A stretch of DNA of 64,000 nt, taken from IMG/VR virus record IMGVR_UViG_3300001347_000003. The stretch is one strand, 5' to 3'. The notes beneath the pieces were generated by a model. That model made no database searches. It was given only the letters and a program-made list of their open reading frames with translations, and was not told the DNA's origin. Shown here piece after piece: positions 8,630-18,915 of this stretch; the stretch's first letter is position 1; each line of letters starts with the position of its first letter. The translations under genes were made by a program, and so were the position numbers. This stretch comes from a virus.

Positions 8630-8763
8630 CTAAAGGTAACGTGTCAAATATGAATGGGGTAACAGAACTTTATATAGAAGATGTACTGACGTTCCTTTCT
8701 TACGAAAAGGATGTAGCGGTACAAAAAAACATCAAGGTAGATGCAAACAATACAAGACATTAA
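8509..8763 (+). CDS. -1 frame extension of the chaperone (frameshift product C-terminus)
   Basis: Open -1 frame begins at the T9 run; protein-like KWGWFSTIYELAKG...VLTFLSYEKD; no ATG before this segment. Confidence 0.6.
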   Translation: MQHRKGISHHYATLFEQKGADKKAKTIHSKWGWFSTIYELAKGNVSNMNGVTELYIEDVLTFLSYEKDVAVQKNIKVDANNTRH

Positions 8764-9202
8764 CAACGCTTTACAAACGATAGTAGATAACCACGATCAG
8801 CTAAAAAGTTTTCATACGTATACTATCGATACGTTGGACATGGAAAAGTTGAACGTGACTGATTACCCGTTGCTGTATGGACAATGTACTGGAGCGACAA
8901 TGGAAGGCGGGGCTACTGTTTTTACTTTCGAAATCATTGTAGGAGACTTAGTGATTGAAAAACAGCAAGAAGTCATGACTGAGGTTTACACAGAAACGTA
9001 TTTAATCTTGCAAGATGTAGTATCTCAGTTCGTGTTTAACGTTAGTCAAAGCAGCGAAATCTCTAATACTTGGAGTTTTGAATTGCCGTTAAACTGCACA
9101 CCGTTTACAGCCAGGTTTGATAACCTGCTCACAGGGTGGAGTACGCAGTTTGATATTAAGCTGCCTACGCCATTGAATCTCTGTATTGCCCCCTATGACT
9201 AA
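8741..9202 (+). CDS. Probable tail terminator/completion protein
   Basis: 153 aa, YPLLY and beta-rich pattern, position in tail block. Confidence 0.5.
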   Translation: MQTIQDINNALQTIVDNHDQLKSFHTYTIDTLDMEKLNVTDYPLLYGQCTGATMEGGATVFTFEIIVGDLVIEKQQEVMTEVYTETYLILQDVVSQFVFNVSQSSEISNTWSFELPLNCTPFTARFDNLLTGWSTQFDIKLPTPLNLCIAPYD

Positions 9203-9806
9203 GTTAGAAGTGCAAATAAATGTAGGCGAGAATACATACCTGCTGAAGATGCCTAAGTTTTTACGAGCCGTAAACGATTTAGGAGCAAGCGTTGTGTCAA
9301 GAGCAAGAAACATTTTGTCAGAAAAAGACAAGGTAGTTACGGGTGCTTTATCAGATTCGTTAGGCTTTGAAATACTAGAAACATCAACGGGAATTACTTT
9401 GTCTTTTGGTGGTAGCGTCCCTTATTGGGATTTTGTGGAGCAAGGAGTTAAAGGCGCAGCTTCATCAGAAAAAGCACCTGACAGCGAATATCAATTTGGA
9501 AGCGGCACAGGGAAGAAGGGAGCATTGAAGCCTGCTATTAGAAAATGGATAACGGATCGAGGCATAAGTAATCAATCCTGGAGAGATAAGAAAGGAAGGT
9601 TTTTGAGTTACGATGCTATGTCGCAAAGGATAGCAAGAAGCGTTTACTTGACAGGCATTAAGCCAACAGGTTATTACGCACTAGCATTTGACCAAACCGA
9701 AAAACAAGCAGAACGAAAACTAAGCACAGCCTTAACAAACGATTTGCAAGTCTTTTATGATAGCAACTTTGGAAAGGAATACACAATCATTTACAATATC
9801 GGATAA
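9186..9806 (+). CDS. Probable neck/tail completion protein
   Basis: TGALSDSL...YWDFVEQGVKG...GIKPTGYY pattern resembling HK97 gp10-like proteins. Confidence 0.5.
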   Translation: MPPMTKLEVQINVGENTYLLKMPKFLRAVNDLGASVVSRARNILSEKDKVVTGALSDSLGFEILETSTGITLSFGGSVPYWDFVEQGVKGAASSEKAPDSEYQFGSGTGKKGALKPAIRKWITDRGISNQSWRDKKGRFLSYDAMSQRIARSVYLTGIKPTGYYALAFDQTEKQAERKLSTALTNDLQVFYDSNFGKEYTIIYNIG

Positions 9807-11158
9807 TGGCATATAACGTAAATCAGACAAGCACAGGGTTGCGCGGTTCGTATGATGATTTAATCTACGTGGTAGAGGATGACACAAATACAGGAGAGCC
9901 TAAATACAGATATGCTTGCTCTGTAAATGTAGGAGGAGTACCACAAGCTATTCTTCGTCAGCTACCTAACAATGCAGACTGTGCAGTATTTAATCCTCGA
10001 ATTATTGCAGCGCAGTTTGTGAAGCCTGATGAAGACAAATGGTTTTTAGGTCAGTCATTAGGTAATTTACTTAGTACAAACACAAATGCCTTTAAGACTG
10101 TAACAATGCGGTTTGGTTATCAGTACGCAGCTAGTGCTTCACTTGAGCCTGTGCTTACATTGTTACCTGCAACAGATCAAACTGTGGAATTGGTGTCAGG
10201 CAATTTTACCTTACCTACGTCAACGGTAATTGAAACGACAGACAGCGCACAGTACATACCCGACGATTCTAATGCTTTGTTTCTTTCTGATGCGCCATTG
10301 GTAGCAGGCGTATATACAAACTACGTAGTTTACGACACAGGCAAAACGAATTGGGCAGCTTTAGCCTTTATCAATACTTCCGCATCTACTGCAACCTATG
10401 TTAGAATTCGATACTTTAAGAACGCAACTCAATTAAGTACAACTGAAATAGAAAATAGCGTTGCCAATGGAGGTGTGCCACCAAGTACCGTAAGCGCAGA
10501 TACAGAACGCCTACTGTACTTAGGTGTAGGTACAGCGAATTTAAATGGCTATTCAGGTCAATCATCACCAGCTAATCCCGCCAATCAATATTGGACTCAT
10601 TATGAGATTACGCTATTAGACGGATTAGGCGGTAACGCAGTATCAGCTACCTATAGGTTTGAGCGTTTAGACTGCAACAAGTTCCAACAAGCAGGGGAGT
10701 TTTACACGTTGCATTGGTGGAACAGCAAAGGCGGCCTAGACAGTTTAGTGTTCAATGGCAAGTCGCAATTAAGCCAATCAATTAAGCGAACGGAGTATAG
10801 GCAAATTGGAGGCAATAGTTATGATGCAAATGGTCTAGGTGCAACGGCTTACAACAAGTACAGCTACGAAGAAGGCAAGACACAATCAAACATTATAACT
10901 ACTACAACCTTTAGTTTAAGTACGGCGTTTGGGAATCCTGAAGTTCTTAGTCCCTTGATGATGTCGCTAATGAATAGCGAGCGCGTATACATGACAGGCA
11001 GCGATGACTACGGCACGAATTCTACGGGAGCAGATAAAAACAAAGCGGTACGAGTTGCAGTTAGCGACACATCGTTTCAACGCAAGACATCAGTTAGCGA
11101 TGGTTTGACATCGTATCAAGTGCAGGTAGAAATTTCACGATTACGACCAACTAGGTAA
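9806..11158 (+). CDS. Tail structural protein (distal tail/hub-like)
   Basis: 450 aa, Thr/Ser/Asn-rich, coupled to the large tail-tip gene. Confidence 0.55.
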   Translation: MAYNVNQTSTGLRGSYDDLIYVVEDDTNTGEPKYRYACSVNVGGVPQAILRQLPNNADCAVFNPRIIAAQFVKPDEDKWFLGQSLGNLLSTNTNAFKTVTMRFGYQYAASASLEPVLTLLPATDQTVELVSGNFTLPTSTVIETTDSAQYIPDDSNALFLSDAPLVAGVYTNYVVYDTGKTNWAALAFINTSASTATYVRIRYFKNATQLSTTEIENSVANGGVPPSTVSADTERLLYLGVGTANLNGYSGQSSPANPANQYWTHYEITLLDGLGGNAVSATYRFERLDCNKFQQAGEFYTLHWWNSKGGLDSLVFNGKSQLSQSIKRTEYRQIGGNSYDANGLGATAYNKYSYEEGKTQSNIITTTTFSLSTAFGNPEVLSPLMMSLMNSERVYMTGSDDYGTNSTGADKNKAVRVAVSDTSFQRKTSVSDGLTSYQVQVEISRLRPTR

Positions 11159-14100
11159 TGGTACAATTAATAGCTACTTCTCAAGACGGAAGCGACCAGG
11201 TACAATTAGACACGCCTAAAGTACCGATTCAGTTAAACTTTCATTTCCAAGACCTAGCAAATCCCTTTGCTAACCGAACGCCCTACAGCTTCAATTTTAA
11301 GCTGCCTGCTACTCGTGAGAACCTTAAGTTCTTTTCGTACTACTACGACTACAACGTTAGCTTAGGTACGTTTAAAGCAACAAAGCGAACTAACGTAGAT
11401 GTCTACGACAACGGCATTTTGGTAATGTCAGGTATCATGCAACTGTTGAGCGCAACAGAAGACGAGTATACCGTAGTAGTTTTTGAGGAGTTAGCTAAAC
11501 TGTTTGAGACGATTAAAGACTTATCGTGGGAGCAACTGTTTATCACAGAGGCAGGAACGGTAGATACTGATTTAGATCACAGTCTAACGTGGACAAACAT
11601 AATCGACAGTTGGACTCTAACGAATGATGTTACGTCAGGTAACGTAGGAAATGGTGTCATTGTTTATCCTCTCGCTGACTACGGCCTAAACGCAACAAAC
11701 AACGCAAACAACGAAGGAACGAGTACAGGCTTTACATACGCTGGGCCAGGCACGGGTATGGATAACAACAGCAACTATACTCAATCCTTAGCAGCTAAAA
11801 ACTTTAAGCCTGCCATACGTATACAGTACCTAATTAAATACATTTTTGAATACGCAGGCTTTGTATACAACAGCACGTTTTTTGATAGCGCAGACTTTCA
11901 GAAGATTTATATGTTTCTTGCAACGGAAACAGAGCGCGTAAAATCAAGGGCTACATACGGATTTCGTACAGGGCTAACTACTGCTTATGATATACCGATT
12001 GCTCAAGCGGGCATATGGCAAAGCCTTGTGTTCGATTATGAAACGGGTAGTCCCTACTATGACCCTGACGGGCTAGTAACTAACGGAGTATTTACAGCAC
12101 CCTATGACGGTTCGTACCTTTTAGCTACACGCTTATTCGTTAGAACAATTGCAACCACTAGTTCGACTGACTTTACAGTTAGAGTGCGTATGCAAGTAAA
12201 CGGAGGGAATGCCACAAGCTATCCAATTTATTGTGACCCAACGGTAGTAAACACAGTTGATCATCAATACTGGCTAGACCTAAACGCGGGTGATGTGGTT
12301 TCTGTTTCTGCTCTTTCGAACAATTCGTTTGATACAGTACAGATTACATCAGATGTCACTAATGGGCAATCGTTTTTTAACCTCATTAATTTCTCAGGGT
12401 CAGTTGGTTTTGTCGATGTGTCTGCTAATTTTCCAAATAATGTAACCGTCGATAAGTGGTTAAAAGCCATATTCGAAAAGTTTAACTTACGCATGGTTAC
12501 TGATCGAGATTCAGTAGGCACTATATATGTTGAGCCGTGGAATGATTGGTGGGACTCAGGAGAAAAAAAGGATTGGACAAACAAAGTAGACGCAGACAGC
12601 GTAACGATTGAGCCAACGACTAAGTATCAAAAAAAATCAATCACGTTTGCAGACGGCGAAGGCGATGACTTTTTGAATCAATGGTATCAGCACCATAACC
12701 AACGAGTAAAAGGAACGTACATATTTGAGAACGAAGACAATGATTTTTCTACAGGCGAAATGGAAACGAGCGATATTTTCCAGCCTTTACGCAATAGAAA
12801 AATATATACATGGATTCAAAATACAGGTACAAGTCAAGTACCTAACGTGCTTTGTCCTGCTTTTTGGGTTTGGTCTGACGGGAGCAACGGGAGCATTTAC
12901 ATTAAAGAATCTGTAGCTTGTAAGCCTGTGCTTGCGTATTACAACGGATTGCAAAATATAGGCAACGGAGCGACATTTAACTATGGAGGTACAGCGGGTA
13001 CGACCTTTCCATATTTTGCTGAATACAATACATACGGAGTAACTACAGCTACTCAGTCTTTAAGGTGGGGCTATTCTTACCCTGACAATTTAGAAATGCC
13101 TGCGGTAGGAGGATACACAAATAAATATCTGTTTACTACGTACTGGCTACGTATGATGAACGAAATCTATAGTGATCAAAGCCGATTGATGACTGCCAAT
13201 TTTTCGCTGAACGCTACAGATATATATGATTTAAAGTTCAACGATTTCCTGTATATCGAAGGTGCATATTGGAAGCTGCTAAGTTTAAAAAACTTTACGC
13301 TTGACGGGGAGAAGCTATGCTATGCAGAACTAATCAAAGTCATTGATGCACCTGCTGCTAGAATCGATGGTAACTGCGCCTTACAAGTTGACTCATTTAA
13401 TGATGATGGAACGGTCAATTTCATCGATGCTAAAACGGGAGTGTCAGCACCTGCTACTGCTGAATGCTGCACAATAAATGGTTACGTTTGGAGCGAATCA
13501 GCGCAAGAATGTTTTATTTCACCAGGTAACGAAAATGGCGGCGGCGGCACAAATCCAATTGGAACTTACCCTGAACCTATTAGCGGATTTATAAACGCAC
13601 AAACAGGATTGGGTATAGGGACAAACGTTCCTGTGCAGGCTTTTAATTCTACTGAAATATCGGGCGGCACATATAGCTTAGAATTGTTTGCACAAACAAC
13701 GAGTGCTTCAGCAGTTGCAGCTGCAAGTAATCAAGGGCTATCGTTGTTTAATGTAGGCGATGACAGCATAACGTATATCACATACGACATTACGACAATT
13801 GAAGTAGGGGGAGGCAATGGAACGTTAGGAAACACAGCAAACTTTACGGCGCGTACAGCTATAGCTAACACAAGGTCATCAGCCGCAGTAGGTTGTACTC
13901 TACGAACAATAGGCAACCCAACAATTATAAATAATGAGAGTGACGGAGGCACACACAGCACAATCAGCATAGGCATTAATCAGCGATCGGCAGGTGCTAC
14001 AGCTACGTATTCTTTGCAATGCACAGGCCAAGCAAATGTAATTGAGCAATGGTTTATCCGTGCAACAGTACAAGTAGTTCAAATCAATGATGCTGAAGTA

Positions 14101-15852
14101 GTTTTAGAAACGCCTGCTTACTTCAATTTGTCAAGCAATACGGCAATTACTTTAAATGTCAGCCCTACACAAACCTTAGCCTTTAACGGTGGGGGGATTG
14201 CGCCGTCTCCTCCTCCTGCGTTTACGGGATTATTAAACGAGAGTTACGGAAGCGGAGCAGCTGCGGCATATTCTACGCGAAGGCTAAACGGCAACATTAC
14301 CGAGTGCATGGTGATTCGTAGGGCATCTGATTCTACTACTCAAACGATTGGGTTTGACGGTTCAGGAAACATCAACGAGGCAGATATTATTTCGTTCTGC
14401 ACAGGCACAACTTGCACGGTTTATCAATGGCTGGATCAGTCAGAAAACGGGAACACGGCAACAGCGGCGGCGCAAGCTAACGAACCGACGATATACACGG
14501 GCGGGGCGTTGGTGAAGGAGAACGGAAGGGTGGCGATAAACTTCGACGGAAGCGATGACGCTTTATTAACTGGAACTTTTTCTTCAATTGCGCAACCTGT
14601 AACGTGGTATGCGTTAGGAGCGCAAGACTCAGCGAGTACAGGCATTCAGGGTTTTTTTAGAACAGGTACAACCCCACATAGTTACAGCTGGGGAGAAGTA
14701 AATAAATGGGTAAAATTATATGCGGGTACAGGATTAGGCTCTGCATCTGGATTTGAGGTTAGCAGAGGCCCTTTATATCTAAGCACAGCACTAGCGAACG
14801 GCACTTCTTCGTCGATACATTTGAACGGGACACAAGCTGCAACAGGCAACGCGGGAACAAATCCAGTCATCGGAGTATTGGAAATAAGCAGAACGCAAAG
14901 CACTAGATATTGGCACGGAACGCAACAAGAGTTGTTATTGTTCAGCAAATCCACAGACCGCACATCCATCGAATCCAACATCAGCGACTACTTCACCCAA
15001 AACACGCCACTACTCGACACGTATACAGGAGCAGCAGCTTGCTATTCTTTGCGATTGATGCGCACCGCCCACACGGGTGCTTTGATTCGAGTTAGACGCA
15101 GTAGCGACAATACAGAACTTGACATAAATGCGAACGTATTCGGTGAACTCGATACCGTTTCGCTTTTGGACTTCGCAGGTACGGGAGATGCGTTCGTAAA
15201 GGTCTGGTATGATCAAAGCGGAAACAGCAACGACGCGACGCAGACCACGACAGCGAGTCAACCTCAAATCGTTTCAAGCGGTGCGGTAATCGTGGAAAAC
15301 GGGAAGCCTGCGGTTGAGTTTGATGGAAGCAATGATGGTTTAAATAACGCAAGCAATTTAAGAGCTTCGGCAGGCGCGTCTTCGGTTTTTATGATTAAAA
15401 ACATTCCGCAAAAAATCGGGGGAAGTTCAAGCGAACAGCAAAACCCGTTTGCTTTCTATACTGTCCAGCGGCACTTTATGGGCGGCACAACGGATTCATT
15501 TTATGGTCCTCTACAAATTAGCACCAACACAACTACTAACGAATCTATTGAATTTGCAAGTGCAAATTTAAACGGGCAAAGTTTATTCACGAGCATTTGG
15601 GACGGAACGTCTCAACTCTCGAATATCGATGACGTGAGCCTCCATATTGATGGAACACAAGAAGCGCAAACCGCAAGCACCGCGCCCTTGGGAATAACGG
15701 CAAGCGGAACGAATTCTATTGGATATAGACACGATATAAACAGCCAATACGCAGAAGGCACGATTCAAGAGTTGGTAATTTATACCTCCGACCAATCCAC
15801 CAACCGCACGAACATCGAGAGCAACATCAACACCTTCTATTCTATTTACTAA
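11158..15852 (+). CDS. Large tail-tip/host-specificity protein with two tandem C-terminal lectin-like domains
   Basis: 1564 aa; duplicated YSxR...RRxSD...W(L/Y)DQSxNxN...QP/EP...NG(R/K)xAxxFDG domain. Confidence 0.75.
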   Translation: MVQLIATSQDGSDQVQLDTPKVPIQLNFHFQDLANPFANRTPYSFNFKLPATRENLKFFSYYYDYNVSLGTFKATKRTNVDVYDNGILVMSGIMQLLSATEDEYTVVVFEELAKLFETIKDLSWEQLFITEAGTVDTDLDHSLTWTNIIDSWTLTNDVTSGNVGNGVIVYPLADYGLNATNNANNEGTSTGFTYAGPGTGMDNNSNYTQSLAAKNFKPAIRIQYLIKYIFEYAGFVYNSTFFDSADFQKIYMFLATETERVKSRATYGFRTGLTTAYDIPIAQAGIWQSLVFDYETGSPYYDPDGLVTNGVFTAPYDGSYLLATRLFVRTIATTSSTDFTVRVRMQVNGGNATSYPIYCDPTVVNTVDHQYWLDLNAGDVVSVSALSNNSFDTVQITSDVTNGQSFFNLINFSGSVGFVDVSANFPNNVTVDKWLKAIFEKFNLRMVTDRDSVGTIYVEPWNDWWDSGEKKDWTNKVDADSVTIEPTTKYQKKSITFADGEGDDFLNQWYQHHNQRVKGTYIFENEDNDFSTGEMETSDIFQPLRNRKIYTWIQNTGTSQVPNVLCPAFWVWSDGSNGSIYIKESVACKPVLAYYNGLQNIGNGATFNYGGTAGTTFPYFAEYNTYGVTTATQSLRWGYSYPDNLEMPAVGGYTNKYLFTTYWLRMMNEIYSDQSRLMTANFSLNATDIYDLKFNDFLYIEGAYWKLLSLKNFTLDGEKLCYAELIKVIDAPAARIDGNCALQVDSFNDDGTVNFIDAKTGVSAPATAECCTINGYVWSESAQECFISPGNENGGGGTNPIGTYPEPISGFINAQTGLGIGTNVPVQAFNSTEISGGTYSLELFAQTTSASAVAAASNQGLSLFNVGDDSITYITYDITTIEVGGGNGTLGNTANFTARTAIANTRSSAAVGCTLRTIGNPTIINNESDGGTHSTISIGINQRSAGATATYSLQCTGQANVIEQWFIRATVQVVQINDAEVVLETPAYFNLSSNTAITLNVSPTQTLAFNGGGIAPSPPPAFTGLLNESYGSGAAAAYSTRRLNGNITECMVIRRASDSTTQTIGFDGSGNINEADIISFCTGTTCTVYQWLDQSENGNTATAAAQANEPTIYTGGALVKENGRVAINFDGSDDALLTGTFSSIAQPVTWYALGAQDSASTGIQGFFRTGTTPHSYSWGEVNKWVKLYAGTGLGSASGFEVSRGPLYLSTALANGTSSSIHLNGTQAATGNAGTNPVIGVLEISRTQSTRYWHGTQQELLLFSKSTDRTSIESNISDYFTQNTPLLDTYTGAAACYSLRLMRTAHTGALIRVRRSSDNTELDINANVFGELDTVSLLDFAGTGDAFVKVWYDQSGNSNDATQTTTASQPQIVSSGAVIVENGKPAVEFDGSNDGLNNASNLRASAGASSVFMIKNIPQKIGGSSSEQQNPFAFYTVQRHFMGGTTDSFYGPLQISTNTTTNESIEFASANLNGQSLFTSIWDGTSQLSNIDDVSLHIDGTQEAQTASTAPLGITASGTNSIGYRHDINSQYAEGTIQELVIYTSDQSTNRTNIESNINTFYSIY

Positions 15853-16250
15853 TGGACGGCTATATAATCGTACTCCCTGAAGGAACGCTAACAAGCGAAC
15901 ACCGAGCCAAAGCCATAACGCGCGAACTGTACAACATCACCGCGCCGTTGGTCACACAGGAACCGTATCAAAAGGACGGGACGGTATTCGGCGTTATCGA
16001 ACACCCTGACGGCATTCAATTCGCTTTGCAGGTAGACACGGAGTACACTATAGCTGTTAACCCATTGGCTACGCTTGAGAAGCTAGTTACGCTTATGCTT
16101 GAATTAAGTGAGTTAGAAATACGAGAACTTTCTAGTTACGTTTTAAACGCGCAGTCATTCCCGTTTGGGGCTATCATCCCAAGCACTACAACTGTACGTG
16201 ACCAGGCGTATATGATCGAACATGGTTGGTTCCCTGAAAATCCCGAATAA
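15852..16250 (+). CDS. Hypothetical protein, possible receptor-binding protein chaperone
   Basis: TAATG-coupled to the tail-tip gene. Confidence 0.6.
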   Translation: MDGYIIVLPEGTLTSEHRAKAITRELYNITAPLVTQEPYQKDGTVFGVIEHPDGIQFALQVDTEYTIAVNPLATLEKLVTLMLELSELEIRELSSYVLNAQSFPFGAIIPSTTTVRDQAYMIEHGWFPENPE

Positions 16251-16414
16251 TGAAATATTGGATTAACGCGATAGGATATGGTATTCCCTCAGCTATACGT
16301 TTAGCGCAAGACGAAGAGCAAAAGGGAAAAAAAATATGGCTGCATTGGTATGGGCGATACGCCTTAAACGTTAGTGCGCTGAAAAAAATTAACTTAATAC
16401 TGAAGAACCGATGA
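16250..16414 (+). CDS. Small basic protein, 54 aa (not in ORF track)
   Basis: MKYWINAIGYGIPSAIRLAQ...LKNR; overlaps neighbours by TAATG and ATGA. Confidence 0.6.
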   Translation: MKYWINAIGYGIPSAIRLAQDEEQKGKKIWLHWYGRYALNVSALKKINLILKNR

Positions 16415-18288
16415 GCGTAAAAATGGACTTTGACCTAGTTGGTAAAGACAACATTACAGGCCCTGTTGAAAAGGCAACTAAATCATTAGATGAGTTACAG
16501 GAAAAAGCAGAAGAAGCAGGAAAAAAAGTTACAAAGGGTGGTAAGGAAGCTAAAAAAGATTGGGAGGGAGTAGCAGATTTATTTGGGGGTTTGTTGCCTA
16601 GGAGTTTAACCAAAACAATACGGCAATTTAAATCTACTAAGCGATCAATTGGAAGGCTTAGTAAAGGATTCAAAGGTTTAAAAAGTGCTATTGCTTCAAC
16701 AGGAATTGGTTTACTTGTAGTTGCTTTAGGAGAGTTAGTTGCTAATTGGGATAAAATTACAGGAGCAATAACAAGGGCATCAAGTGAAACAGAGGATTTA
16801 GTAGCAGAAAATAAAGAGTTAGTTCAAGCAGCAAAAGACCAACTAAGTTATATAACCGACATTGAAAACATCTTACGGCTGCAAGGAAAAACAGAAGAAG
16901 ACATTTTAGCTTATCGTATGCAGGCTACAGACGAGGCAATCGCAGCGCAAAGAATTATGATTGATTCGTTGAAGCAGCAGCAAGAAGAGCAGGTTAAGGC
17001 CGCAGAGACTTCTGAAAAGGTGGCGCAGGCTATGATTGCTCTGCTGTCATTGCCAATTACTTTTGCTCTTGCTGCTATAGATGACATCACAGGGGCGTTG
17101 GCAGAGCTTGGTTTAATGGATGAAGGAACTGATTATTTGCAAGCATACCTTGATGCGGGAACAAAAGCACTTGGTTTGGACGCAGGGAAAATTGCGGAAG
17201 ACGGACAAGAAGCAATTGATGAAGCAGAAGATCAACTTCAACGTTTAGAAAATACACGCGCAGGCTATCAATTACGAGCAAACAAAAACGAAGCAGACGC
17301 AGAAGCTAAGGCACAAAAAGCACGAGATGATGCGGCTAAGAAAAAAGAAGATAATGCTAAATACTTAGCAGATCGGTTACTTCAGATACAGCAAGATATG
17401 TATCTAGCAATGATTGAGGATGACATAACGCAACAAAAGGAAAGGCGCAGATTGCAGTATGAAGCCGACCAAGCAGAACTAAAAGCCAGGGGTGCAACGT
17501 TGAGTCAGTTGTTAGTTTTAAAGCAACAGTATGATATGGATATTGCGGCTATAGACCAACAAGCACAAGACCAAAAGGACGCTAAAGAAAAAGAGCGTTT
17601 AGACAAAGAAGCACAACTGAGAGAGGAGTTGCGGCAAAAAGATTTGACCGATAGGCAGCTAGAAGAAGAAGCGGCTTTTGCTGAATTTCAAAGAAGAGAA
17701 GAATTAGCAGGCACAAATGACGCTTTGGTACTTGAAGCATTTGAAGCATTTCAAAAACAAAAGGAGGCTATAGCAAAGAAGTATAATGAAAAAGAGATTG
17801 AAGACAACCAAGAGGTAATTGACTTAGAGATTCAAGGCAGACAAGCCTTAGCTAAAGGGGTAATGGGTCTCTTTAAGGAGATGGGAAAGTTAGGCGAACA
17901 AAATAGTGAGCAACAAAAAAGATTAGCAATAGCAGACATTTTGTTAAATCAAGCAATAGCAATGTCTTCTGCAATTAGAGGTGCGCAAGCAGCAGCAGCC
18001 GCAACAGGCCCTGCTGCACCTGTAATGACTCCTATTTTTATGGTACAGATGTTAGGAATGGTTTTAGGTGGTTTTGCAAGTATTAAAGGAGTCTTAGCGC
18101 AAGCAGGGACATCGGGAGGTAGTGTAGGCGGCGGTAGTGGTCAAACACGCTCAGGCTTTGCTACGCAGAACACAGCACCTATGCCTGCACGTTTAGACTC
18201 ACCTGATATGCAAGCCTACGTAGTACAAAGTCAATTAGAAGGGCAAGCAATGCAAGCATCACAATTAGCTTCTAAGACTACCCTTTAA
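16411..18288 (+). CDS. Tape measure protein
   Basis: 625 aa, helical and Ala/Gln/Glu-rich, with hydrophobic segments (GIGLLVVALG; IALLSLPITF). Confidence 0.8.
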   Translation: MSVKMDFDLVGKDNITGPVEKATKSLDELQEKAEEAGKKVTKGGKEAKKDWEGVADLFGGLLPRSLTKTIRQFKSTKRSIGRLSKGFKGLKSAIASTGIGLLVVALGELVANWDKITGAITRASSETEDLVAENKELVQAAKDQLSYITDIENILRLQGKTEEDILAYRMQATDEAIAAQRIMIDSLKQQQEEQVKAAETSEKVAQAMIALLSLPITFALAAIDDITGALAELGLMDEGTDYLQAYLDAGTKALGLDAGKIAEDGQEAIDEAEDQLQRLENTRAGYQLRANKNEADAEAKAQKARDDAAKKKEDNAKYLADRLLQIQQDMYLAMIEDDITQQKERRRLQYEADQAELKARGATLSQLLVLKQQYDMDIAAIDQQAQDQKDAKEKERLDKEAQLREELRQKDLTDRQLEEEAAFAEFQRREELAGTNDALVLEAFEAFQKQKEAIAKKYNEKEIEDNQEVIDLEIQGRQALAKGVMGLFKEMGKLGEQNSEQQKRLAIADILLNQAIAMSSAIRGAQAAAAATGPAAPVMTPIFMVQMLGMVLGGFASIKGVLAQAGTSGGSVGGGSGQTRSGFATQNTAPMPARLDSPDMQAYVVQSQLEGQAMQASQLASKTTL

Positions 18289-18296
18289 TTTTACGG

Positions 18297-18328
18297 GTTG
18301 GTGTTACGGTCTTTTATATGTATATTAT
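18297..18328 (+). promoter_or_regulatory. Putative host-polymerase promoter GTTG-N20-TATATT
   Basis: Same architecture as 29167-29196; resembles the Bacteroidota -33 TTTG / -7 TAnnTTTG consensus. Confidence 0.55.
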
Positions 18329-18345
18329 AGACACAGAACTAAGTC

Positions 18346-18639
18346 ATGAAAAAAACAGAACTAGGTTATAACGGTTGGGCAAATCATGCTACTTGGCTTG
18401 TAGCCGTTTGGGAATACATCGATTTGTTTTCAGAAATTTATTTTGAAAATGGCGATAAGCCTGAAGATGTAAGCGAACGAGATGTTGAAGAAATGTTCTA
18501 CGATTATGTCGATAATGAAATTCCTAGTAGCGGTATTATTTCTGACATGGTAAGTAACGCAACGTCAACAATCGATTGGCGGGAAATTACAGAACACGTT
18601 AAGGATCAATTACAAGATAGGATTCTAGATAATTTCTAA
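18346..18639 (+). CDS. Small acidic protein 1
   Basis: 97 aa; YNGWANHATWLVAVW N-terminal motif recalled from widespread phage hypotheticals. Confidence 0.75.
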   Translation: MKKTELGYNGWANHATWLVAVWEYIDLFSEIYFENGDKPEDVSERDVEEMFYDYVDNEIPSSGIISDMVSNATSTIDWREITEHVKDQLQDRILDNF

Positions 18640-18905
18640 TGAACAAGAATCGTATTGTCATGGATTATTATGAGCAATGGGGCGAAGGCTCTGAAGGCTT
18701 GGCTATGGCAATTAGTAACGTGCGCATGGATGATATAAACGCAGTAGGTCACTTAAATAAGCTGCTGAAAAACGCTGAAGAATACGCATACGATGGTAAC
18801 GTATCTTACGTGGAAGATTTGCTTTATGATGCACACGCTGAGGCTATGCTTACTTCCGATCAAGAATGGATTGAGGCGTTGCTAAACCTTACGGCACAAT
18901 ATTAA
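18639..18905 (+). CDS. Small acidic protein 2
   Basis: 88 aa, TAATG-coupled. Confidence 0.7.
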   Translation: MNKNRIVMDYYEQWGEGSEGLAMAISNVRMDDINAVGHLNKLLKNAEEYAYDGNVSYVEDLLYDAHAEAMLTSDQEWIEALLNLTAQY

Positions 18906-18915
18906 AAACAGAGAT

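Noticed and set aside
12725-15095. Nested plus-strand ORFs 12725-12916 and 14910-15095 inside the tail-tip gene
   Set aside because: Short (61-63 aa), no motifs and no gap in the host gene they would complement, unlike the MTase beta frame
14230-15849. Diversity-generating retroelement (TR/VR) explanation for the duplicated tail domains
   Set aside because: No reverse transcriptase in the genome; both copies are in-frame coding, and mismatches are not confined to adenines
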